A stretch of 64,000 nucleotides of DNA, taken from positions 128,001 to 192,000 of the forward strand of contig CAXXFK010000010.1 of assembly GCA_963663965.2 (NCBI GenBank), in the 5' to 3' direction. The notes beneath the pieces were generated by a model. That model was not told where the DNA came from. It made no database searches and was given only the letters and a program-made list of their open reading frames with translations. The position numbers and the translations under genes are program-made. Positions 1 to 7,924 of this stretch are shown here, piece by piece (within the stretch, counting starts at the first letter, position 1; the number at the start of each line of letters is the position of its first letter). This DNA is from Sedimentisphaerales bacterium. Lineage in GTDB: Bacteria; Planctomycetota; Phycisphaerae; Sedimentisphaerales; SM23-30.

Positions 1-85
1 GCCGGCCCTGGCCATCGACGGTACCGTTAAAACCGTCGGCAAAGTCCCATCAATTGACGAACTGAAAACGATCCTGAAACAATAA
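1..85 (+). CDS. 3' end of small thioredoxin-like redox-active disulfide protein (partial)
   Basis: Frame 2 reads PALAIDGTVKTVGKVPSIDELKTILKQ*, typical C-terminus of small MTH895-like thioredoxins; not in the ORF track. Confidence 0.7.
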   Translation, partial: PALAIDGTVKTVGKVPSIDELKTILKQ

Positions 86-131
86 ACTTGAATAAATCAC
101 ACTAACCTCTGGAATTTTTAAGGAGCCTATC

Positions 132-518
132 ATGAGTACACCAGAATCCAATAGTTACGGATGTTCCTGCAGCGGCGGTCCCAAACTGATTTTTGCCTGT
201 AGTGGCGCCGCTGACGTCGGAGCGTTATCCGATCAGGCCGCTCGCAAACTCACCCGTGTCGGAATCGGAAAAATGTTCTGCCTCGCCGGCATTGGCGGTC
301 GCGTCGACGGCATTCTGAAAACTACCCAGGCTGCCTCCGCCATCCTCGCCATTGATGGCTGCCCACTCAACTGTACCAAAAAGTCGCTCGAAGAGGCAGG
401 TTTCACTCAATTCCAGCATCTGCAACTGGCTGACCTCGGCTTTGAAAAAGGTAAGACCACAGTGAATGATGAAAGTATCGATACCGTATGCGCCCAAGCC
501 AGTCAAATGATCGGCTGA
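132..518 (+). CDS. DGC-domain putative zinc-binding protein
   Basis: ACSGAADVG, MFCLAGIGG, AIDGCPLNC motifs; AGGAG RBS. Confidence 0.85.
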   Translation: MSTPESNSYGCSCSGGPKLIFACSGAADVGALSDQAARKLTRVGIGKMFCLAGIGGRVDGILKTTQAASAILAIDGCPLNCTKKSLEEAGFTQFQHLQLADLGFEKGKTTVNDESIDTVCAQASQMIG

Positions 519-533
519 AAAAGGAGCCATATC

Positions 534-1784
534 ATGAATAATACGATCAGAACGGTCATGGTGATAGCGCTGGTCGCCGCAATCGGCATCACGTTTGCCA
601 TCAAATCACGCAACGGCGCTTCCTCGCCAGATTCCACCAGTTCGTTAACACAACTGCCACGATTGCTCGATCTGGGCGCCGACAAATGCATTCCCTGTAA
701 AATGATGGCGCCAATTCTGGAAGAACTCAAAACCGAACTGCAGGGACAATTGCAGGTTGATTTTATCGATGTCTGGAAAAATCCGGATGAGGCAAAAAAG
801 TACGCGGTCAACCTGATTCCGACCCAGATATTCTTCGACGCCGACGGCAAGGAACTGTTCCGCCACGAGGGATTCTTTTCTCAGGAAGATATCCTGTCTA
901 AATGGAACGAACTGGGCTTTCAATTCGCTCAAGCCACCGAACCGGCTTTTGCCCGATTACAACCAGTCGCTCAGGATACCCGGAATCCCAATGAGATCTG
1001 TTATATGTGTGAAGGCGATATCGATGCCAGATCTCTGGTGACTGTCAACACCGCCAAAGGTCCAGTCCGGCTTTGCGGTCTGCATTGTTATTTCATCATG
1101 TATTCCTGTCTCACAGAAGACAAAACCGGTTTTGAACAAAAAGTAACTGTTACCGACGCGGATTCCGGAACACCGATCCCCCTGACCGAGGCTCACTTTC
1201 TGATTGGCACAGACACCACCGGCCGGCCGGCCATTCAAACCTTTTCCGATCCTGAAAAGGCCGAACAATCCCGCCTGGCATCAGGTGGCAACCGGCTTGC
1301 CTATGACGCTCTTCTTCAAAACGAGCTTTCTCACCGTTGCGGATTCTGCGACCGGGCCTGTTATCCACAGGATGCCGCCGAAGTGATTGTTGAAGGCGGC
1401 TTGCACACCTGGGGTTGCTGTTCCCACTGCGCCTTGGGCGTCGCCGCGCGTACCGGCAAGGATATCGAAGTCCACGAAAAAGACCGGTTGACTGGCGAAC
1501 CCATTGTGGTTAAAACCCTGAATGGCAGTATTGCTTCCCTAGAACCCGCCACGGCTGTTGCCTGGTTTGGGCAACGCCAGAAACCGGATGGATCCTGGGG
1601 CTCGGCCGGTTGTTTCCACCAAGGGTTCTTCACAACCGCCGACCACCTGAAACAATGGGTGCAGCAACATCCCCTGGAAACCGGTCGTCAGATCACCATT
1701 CATAAGGCACTGACCGACAAAATGAAACTGTCACCCGAACAGATTCAAAAAGCGTGCAAAATTGGCGAATGCTCACCGAAATAA
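534..1784 (+). CDS. Exported thioredoxin fused to NosL-like and MerB-like Cys-rich domains
   Basis: N-terminal hydrophobic segment; CIPC and cis-Pro (IPT); CYMC..CGLHC; CGFC..CCSHC..LEP..GCFHQGFF..W. Confidence 0.7.
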   Translation: MNNTIRTVMVIALVAAIGITFAIKSRNGASSPDSTSSLTQLPRLLDLGADKCIPCKMMAPILEELKTELQGQLQVDFIDVWKNPDEAKKYAVNLIPTQIFFDADGKELFRHEGFFSQEDILSKWNELGFQFAQATEPAFARLQPVAQDTRNPNEICYMCEGDIDARSLVTVNTAKGPVRLCGLHCYFIMYSCLTEDKTGFEQKVTVTDADSGTPIPLTEAHFLIGTDTTGRPAIQTFSDPEKAEQSRLASGGNRLAYDALLQNELSHRCGFCDRACYPQDAAEVIVEGGLHTWGCCSHCALGVAARTGKDIEVHEKDRLTGEPIVVKTLNGSIASLEPATAVAWFGQRQKPDGSWGSAGCFHQGFFTTADHLKQWVQQHPLETGRQITIHKALTDKMKLSPEQIQKACKIGECSPK

Positions 1785-1799
1785 ACGGGATTCAATAAC

Positions 1800-2498
1800 A
1801 TGCAGGAATTGTTTACGCAATTGACCCGCGCGGTGGAAGGCGGCTGGCTGATCGCCGTGACAGCCTCTTTTGTCTGGGGCATTCTGAGCGTCATCCTGAG
1901 CCCCTGCCACCTGGCCAGTATCCCGCTGATAGTTGGCTTTATCGATAAACAGGGGCGAATTTCAACCCGGCGCGCCTTCTGGATATCCACCCTGTTCGCC
2001 ATGGGCATCCTGATTACGATCGCCGCCATCGGCGCCATTACCGCCGCGGCCGGCCGCATGATGGGCGATATCGGCCGCTATGGCAATTATATCGTCGCGC
2101 TGATCTTCTTCCTGGTTGGGTTGCATCTGCTGGAGGTCATTCCCATGCCCTTCTCCGGCCCCGGCCAGATCGGCATGCAACGCAAAGGATTGCTCGCCGC
2201 ATTCACGCTCGGGCTGGTTTTTGGTATTGCCCTTGGGCCCTGCACCTTCGCCTATATGGCGCCCATGCTGGCGATAACGTTTAAACTCGCCGCGACCAGT
2301 CTGCTTTACGGCATCGTTCTGCTGGTCATGTACGGCCTGGGTCATTGCTCGGTCATTATATTCGCGGGCACCTTTACCGGTATGGTTCAACGTTATCTGA
2401 ACTGGAATGAACAATCCAGCGGCGCGCTCTGGTTAAAGAAAATCTGTGGCTTGTTAGTGATCCTGGGCGGACTTTATCTGATCTATGTCGCACCCTGA
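1800..2498 (+). CDS. ccdA: CcdA/DsbD-type transmembrane electron carrier
   Basis: LSPCHL and LGPCT motifs, about 6 TM helices. Confidence 0.85.
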   Translation: MQELFTQLTRAVEGGWLIAVTASFVWGILSVILSPCHLASIPLIVGFIDKQGRISTRRAFWISTLFAMGILITIAAIGAITAAAGRMMGDIGRYGNYIVALIFFLVGLHLLEVIPMPFSGPGQIGMQRKGLLAAFTLGLVFGIALGPCTFAYMAPMLAITFKLAATSLLYGIVLLVMYGLGHCSVIIFAGTFTGMVQRYLNWNEQSSGALWLKKICGLLVILGGLYLIYVAP

Positions 2499-2653
2499 AC
2501 ATAATATGACTACTTTAGCGACTGTAAATAAATAACACCTTCATTTCTTTATATCCGGACCCTGAGTCGAACTTGTATGAGTACCTGCCTACAGGAATAG
2601 GGAAAATCAATGTTCATCTCAATTCCCTATTCATATATCCTGTCAACCCTGTG

Positions 2654-2683
2654 ATCCTGTCTAAAAGGCTATTTGTCTTCGTG
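2654..2683 (+). repeat. 30-bp direct repeat, copy 1 (copy 2 at 4325..4354)
   Basis: ATCCTGTCTAAAAGGCTATTTGTCTTCGTG vs ATCCTGTCAAAATGGCTGTTTATCTTCGTG, 26/30 identical. Confidence 0.7.
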
Positions 2684-2973
2684 TAAGCCACTTTCTATTC
2701 GGTCACGACTTGACCGTCCTGGTTGTACAGTTAGTTCATGAGCATATCTGGCTGTTCCATCGGTGTTTTTCCGCGTCTTTCCGTGCGTCTATCTGCGGTT
2801 CAATCGGCCGTTTTTTCTCTTATTTTATTCGCGAGCAATTCGTGGTTAATTTTAACATTACAAGCTCATTCCAGGTTGCGTCTCGACCATCCTGAGTCCA
2901 TTGGTGGTTCTTTGTTTGGCTTCGGCGCTGTCGGGTCAGGATTCAGGCAATGCAGGAATAGTAGAGAATCCTT

Positions 2974-4023
2974 CTAATCTTTTGAAAACGAATCAAATAT
3001 CTCAGGATATAAGTTTGCGAAGGTATCATACGAAAACAGGAATAACACACCCTCTTTGACTGGATACTTCTTAGCACAATTGGGACAGATAAATAATTCA
3101 TCCTTTTGATTTAACCTTATTTCACTGTGAGTTACTTTACATGAAGGACAAATAAGGGCATCATGAATAGACTGTTTGCCGTTAGCGTTATTGCTTTGTT
3201 TTCGACAAATTCCGGATATGTTCCCTCCAAGTAAATATGCCATGAAATACTTTAGATAGGATCGGGGGCTGAATAAGTCCAATTTAATAAAAGATGCTTT
3301 CAATTCAACCTCTTTTTCATCAAAGTGCATGAGAGCCTTTTTCCATGAACCAATGGTGATGTCATCATTCTCTATGATTCCGTGTTCAACCTCATTACAG
3401 ATTTTCTGACAAAAGAAATGATCTAGAATTTTTCTTACCTTGCTTCTTGCTAATGTCTTTTGTGAAAAGACCTTTTCCCCTTTGTATAAATTAAAATGGA
3501 ATACCTGCTTATAGGGCTCTTCGTCAAAGAAAAAGCATCCGTTCGGGGCAAGCACTCGATAGATTTCTTGCGTAATTGGGGTGGGTTCCGGAAAATGGTG
3601 TAGTGTTTCATAACAAAAGACAAAAGGAATCGAATCGCTCATAAATGGCAGATTGTTGGCATCGCAACATATTCTGATCGGATGCTTTTCTTTGTGAAAC
3701 ACTCGCTGATAATGTGTACAGCTTTTCAACATGTCATAAGAAATGTCTACAGCAGCGCCACTCGCTCCGAGCTCATTTTCCATAACCAGTGACCGTTGAC
3801 ACCTTTCCGCTCCAATTTCTATATAAGGCGATATAAGATAATTCCTTTTTTGCAGCGAGGATATTTGACTGAATGTCTTTTCCATCCTATCCTTCAATAT
3901 CTTCTCAATGCCGCCCGCATCAAATTCATCCTGAAAAATATTCTCACCCTGCACTTGCTGCATGTAGAGTTTCTTCCTGAAGTCTATTTCACCCCTCTTG
4001 TTCGTTAATTGCTGTTCATCCAT
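2974..4023 (-). CDS. Class I SAM-dependent methyltransferase with C-terminal Trm112-like zinc knuckle
   Basis: IEIGAE, VDIS, DANNLPF, ETLHH, RVLAPNG; CPSC..CPNC..YPVKEGV; AT-rich relative to neighbours. Confidence 0.8.
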   Translation of the reverse strand: MDEQQLTNKRGEIDFRKKLYMQQVQGENIFQDEFDAGGIEKILKDRMEKTFSQISSLQKRNYLISPYIEIGAERCQRSLVMENELGASGAAVDISYDMLKSCTHYQRVFHKEKHPIRICCDANNLPFMSDSIPFVFCYETLHHFPEPTPITQEIYRVLAPNGCFFFDEEPYKQVFHFNLYKGEKVFSQKTLARSKVRKILDHFFCQKICNEVEHGIIENDDITIGSWKKALMHFDEKEVELKASFIKLDLFSPRSYLKYFMAYLLGGNISGICRKQSNNANGKQSIHDALICPSCKVTHSEIRLNQKDELFICPNCAKKYPVKEGVLFLFSYDTFANLYPEIFDSFSKD

Positions 4024-4324
4024 GGCACAATTCCTTTCTATAACGTTTCAGACACATAACGCAAAGAATCACCAGCTCAGTTGTGACACGCTGAAAACAG
4101 TGTGCCACCGGGTATGGTGCATTTTGGGCGGGAAGGCAACTAACGAGCGCCTCCGAGATGCTTGTTCTTTCCTTTTCTTTAACCTGAAGAATATCGCTGT
4201 CTGTACTGTTATCCATCATCACTTTGTTTTCTTAGTAAGCTTTTATTCTGATATTTCATAAGTATATTAATATGAATCCCTTACAACACAACAAAATCGT
4301 TACCTTGGACTTTTTATCCTGTCT

Positions 4325-4354
4325 ATCCTGTCAAAATGGCTGTTTATCTTCGTG
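4325..4354 (+). repeat. 30-bp direct repeat, copy 2
   Basis: Matches 2654..2683 at 26/30. Confidence 0.7.
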
Positions 4355-4744
4355 CCTTTGCGACTTCGCGTGATCTGTTTTTTCTTTGGTTGCGCTTGAC
4401 CACCCTGAGGGTATAAGTCATAATCCAGCGCCATTCCTCAAATTCATCTGTCTTTACAATTCATAGTGCATATTATTTTATTATCACCCCAGAGAATCAA
4501 CATAAATATCTGAGAATTAACCGGTAATATCAAATTGCTTGGGGCAGGCCCGCCCACGCGGATTGGTTCAATCACCACGAGCACAGCAACCACCCCATTT
4601 AGAATCATCGCTCATCACCATTATATTTCCAGGGGATCCATTGAGCCAATAAAAGATGATTGGGGAGATGGTTGGGGGAGTTTTATTACTGGTCAAACAA
4701 CAAAATGTTAAGTACTGATGGATATTTACACCGTACGGAACTAT

Positions 4745-4971
4745 TTAAATCAGCCCCAAACCCTTTAGAAACCAATCAATGCCCCAAGGCGCTATGAACG
4801 CAAACAACCACGTCGCCCCACACATAAGCCATGCGAGATGCAATCGACATAAGGGAATCTTCGATTCGTTGAGCTTCAGACGATGGACTACCCATGTCCC
4901 AAAAATTTTCAGCGCTAAAAAAACCCAATACCGACTATTGGCCCAAGAACAAACCCAAGCCAATCAATCAT
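4745..4971 (-). pseudogene. Possible small 2-TM membrane protein gene frameshifted at a T7 run
   Basis: MIDWLGFVLGPIVGIGFF* joins LALKIFGTW...KGLGLI* if the run at 4917..4923 is T8. Confidence 0.3.
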
Positions 4972-5101
4972 GTCCCAATTGTAACTTTTCGTGTCCAAAT
5001 TATACCTGAAATTTTAAACCATCAATAGTGGTGCCCCAAAACGAACTCTTAAAGATGCCATAAATATAAAATTTGACAAATACATCTTTTTTCACGAAAA
5101 A

Positions 5102-5130
5102 ATGACAAATTATTGCTAAAATTGTACAAT
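5102..5130 (+). promoter_or_regulatory. Candidate sigma70 promoter for metXW-larE
   Basis: ATGACA-N17-TACAAT about 80 bp upstream of the start. Confidence 0.4.
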
Positions 5131-5211
5131 TGGCGATAATTAGCCTTATGTGATGTCCCTGATAAATTTTGACCTGTTTATATCCCAGATGTTATCCTTT
5201 AAGGTAGAGTC

Positions 5212-7062
5212 TTGATGGTCCGATATGACCGGCTAGAAAATAGTATCTATCTGGTCGAACCACAAAAAGTTCGACTGTTTGATAGTAATAACAAGCTTAA
5301 GTTGGAATGTGGTAGAAGTTTAGGGCCGATTGATGTCGCTTTCGAAACCTATGGGGAACTTAATGATGCCCGTGATAACGCGATTTTAATCATTCACGCT
5401 TTATCAGGTGATGCCCATGTCGCCGGGCGTCACCAGCCGGATGATCGCAGGCCGGGCTGGTGGGACTGCATGGTCGGCCCCGGAAAACCGATCGATACCG
5501 ATAAATATTTCGTGATCTGCTCAAACTGTCTGGGAGGCTGTTCTGGAACCACCGGACCCGTCAGTATCAATCCCGAAACTCAAAAACCATGGGGGCTGTC
5601 ATTCCCGGTCATTACTCTCAGCGACATGGTGGATCTTCAGCGCCACCTGATCGATCACCTTGGAATCGATAAACTGTTGGCGGTCATCGGCGCCAGTGTC
5701 GGCGGCATGCAGGTATTCGACTGGACCCTGCGTTATCCAGACCGGATGCAGTGCGCCCTGGCAATCGCCACCACAGCCCGGTTAAGCGCCCAGAGTCTGG
5801 CTTTCGATGCGGTTGGCCGCAACGCCATTCTGAATGATCGTCATTTTCAAAACGGCGAATATTATGGATCAGATCTCACCCCGGATGTCGGCCTGTCCGT
5901 AGCGCGTATGATCGGCCATATCACTTACCTGTCTGAAGAAGCCATGCACCAGAAATTCGGGCGGCGCCTCCAATACGCCAAAGATTACCAATATGCCATG
6001 GATAAGGAATTCAGCGTCGAAAGCTACCTCGATTATCAGGGCAGTACGTTTGTGGATCGGTTCGACGCGAATTCATACCTCTATATTACCAAGGCCATGG
6101 ATTACTACGACCTGGCCCGGCAATTCCAATCTCTGGAAGAGGCCATGAACCAGATTGCCTGCAATTACCTGGTCATCAGTTTTTCTTCCGACTGGTTATT
6201 CACCGCCAGACAGAGCCATGAGGTGACCAGCGCGTTGATCTATAACAATAAAAATGTCACCTATTCGAATATCAATTGCTCTTACGGCCACGACTCGTTT
6301 TTACTGGAAGTCGACGTTCAGGGCCCGCTGATAAGCAACTTCCTGGCCCATAACCAGATGCGAATGCGTAAAGGACATGCTTATCTGCCCGCCTCGCCCG
6401 AAACCCTGTCACGGACCAATGCCCCGACTCAAACCACCAGGCGCGGCAGTATCTTCCGTGGCCACCGCGTCGATCACTGGAATATCGCCCATCTGATTGA
6501 GCCGGATAGCCATGTCCTGGATATGGGCTGCGGGGACGGGGAATTGCTCGAAATTCTCGCGCGCGAAAAAAACGTGCGCGGTCTGGGATTTACCCTGGAA
6601 GCCGGCGATGTCAACGCCTGTACGCGCCGTGGCGTTAACGTTATTCAATACGATATCAATAAAACCCTCGATTTCCTGAAGGATAAAAGCTATGACTATG
6701 TCGTATTGAGCCAGGCCTTGCAGGTCGTTCGCAATCCACGCAAACTGCTGAAAGACCTGTTACGCATCGGCCGTCAGGTTATTGTCAGTTTCCCCAACTT
6801 CGCCTTCTGGCATGGCCGCTTACAGCTTCTGTTCAACGGACGGGCGCCAGTCTGGAAATCCCTGCCGAGGGAATGGTACGATAAACCGGAAGAATCTGTC
6901 AACTACATGTCAATCAAAGATTTCGAATTATTCGTTGAAAACCAGCTCAAGGCCCGCCTGGTCCGCCGTATTCCCATCTCTACCCGTTCAGGAAGAGAAA
7001 TACAGCTATGGGCCAACTTGCTGGCGGATGAGGCGATATTTGTCATTTCCGCCCAGGATTGA
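5212..7062 (+). CDS. metX: Homoserine O-acetyltransferase MetX fused to MetW methyltransferase-like domain
   Basis: HALSGD, GWWD, GASVGG nucleophile, DWLF, GHDSFL; C-terminal LDMGCGDG, LSQALQ, VSFPNF. Confidence 0.9.
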   Translation: MMVRYDRLENSIYLVEPQKVRLFDSNNKLKLECGRSLGPIDVAFETYGELNDARDNAILIIHALSGDAHVAGRHQPDDRRPGWWDCMVGPGKPIDTDKYFVICSNCLGGCSGTTGPVSINPETQKPWGLSFPVITLSDMVDLQRHLIDHLGIDKLLAVIGASVGGMQVFDWTLRYPDRMQCALAIATTARLSAQSLAFDAVGRNAILNDRHFQNGEYYGSDLTPDVGLSVARMIGHITYLSEEAMHQKFGRRLQYAKDYQYAMDKEFSVESYLDYQGSTFVDRFDANSYLYITKAMDYYDLARQFQSLEEAMNQIACNYLVISFSSDWLFTARQSHEVTSALIYNNKNVTYSNINCSYGHDSFLLEVDVQGPLISNFLAHNQMRMRKGHAYLPASPETLSRTNAPTQTTRRGSIFRGHRVDHWNIAHLIEPDSHVLDMGCGDGELLEILAREKNVRGLGFTLEAGDVNACTRRGVNVIQYDINKTLDFLKDKSYDYVVLSQALQVVRNPRKLLKDLLRIGRQVIVSFPNFAFWHGRLQLLFNGRAPVWKSLPREWYDKPEESVNYMSIKDFELFVENQLKARLVRRIPISTRSGREIQLWANLLADEAIFVISAQD

Positions 7063-7073
7063 TATAATTTGTC

Positions 7074-7898
7074 ATGGTATCACAGGCTATCCAAAATAAA
7101 TACGATCGGTTATGTCAGCGCCTGCTCGAACTGCAACGCGTTCTGATTGCCTTTTCGGGTGGCGTTGACAGCACACTATTGCTGAAAGCCGCACTCAATA
7201 CCCTCAAACCCGGCGATGTTCTGGCAATCACGGCGGCAAGCGAGATCATGGCGCGGGATGAACTGGATCATGCCCTGCGTATCGCCGACAGTCTGGGTAT
7301 CGATCTGGAAATCATCGACTCGGATGAATTATCCAATCCCCTGTTCGTCGAAAATCCGGAAAATCGCTGCTACCATTGCCGGGTCATGCTTTTCGACCGA
7401 TTACAGCAAATCGCCAGGCAACGTGGCTTTCATGCCGTGTTATGCGGCGCCAATGCCGATGATCCGGATGATTACCGCCCCGGTCTCCTGGCCGCAAAGG
7501 AATTTGGGATCATTTGCCCCCTGCAGGAAGCCGGCTTGAACAAAGCTGAAATACGCGCCCTGAGCCATCACCTCCAACTGCCCACCTGGGACAAACCCGC
7601 CAATCCCTGCCTGGCAACCCGGATTCCTTACGGCAGTTTGGTAACGCGCGAAAAACTCGTGCAAATTGAACAGGCAGAATCCTTCTTACACAAACTCGGA
7701 TTCCTTCAATGCCGCGCCCGCCACCATGACCACCTGATTCGAATCGAAGTTCCCCGCCAGGATGTGACTAAAATAACAGAAGAAACCACCCGCCGGCGGA
7801 TAACCGATTATTTCAAACAATTAGGGTTCATTTATATTACCGTCGACTTGCAGGGTTTCCGCTCGGGTTCCGGGAATGAAACGATAAAGAAATCCTAA
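7074..7898 (+). CDS. larE: LarE-family ATP-dependent sulfur transferase
   Basis: SGGVDS PP-loop, RCYHC, DYRPG, KPANPCLATRIPYG, RIEV, GFRSGS. Confidence 0.9.
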   Translation: MVSQAIQNKYDRLCQRLLELQRVLIAFSGGVDSTLLLKAALNTLKPGDVLAITAASEIMARDELDHALRIADSLGIDLEIIDSDELSNPLFVENPENRCYHCRVMLFDRLQQIARQRGFHAVLCGANADDPDDYRPGLLAAKEFGIICPLQEAGLNKAEIRALSHHLQLPTWDKPANPCLATRIPYGSLVTREKLVQIEQAESFLHKLGFLQCRARHHDHLIRIEVPRQDVTKITEETTRRRITDYFKQLGFIYITVDLQGFRSGSGNETIKKS

Positions 7899-7924
7899 AC
7901 CGTTTTGTTGCTCGTTTCAGTGAA

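Noticed and set aside
2620..2945. CRISPR array or canonical integron attC sites
   Set aside because: No identical repeats with regular spacers, no cas or intI genes, and no RYYYAAC...GTTRRRY paired structure seen
4779..5009. ORF with HARCNRHKG resembling an HNH nuclease tail
   Set aside because: Lacks the upstream DH..P..GG..N part and spacing; more likely the antisense shadow of a hydrophobic ORF
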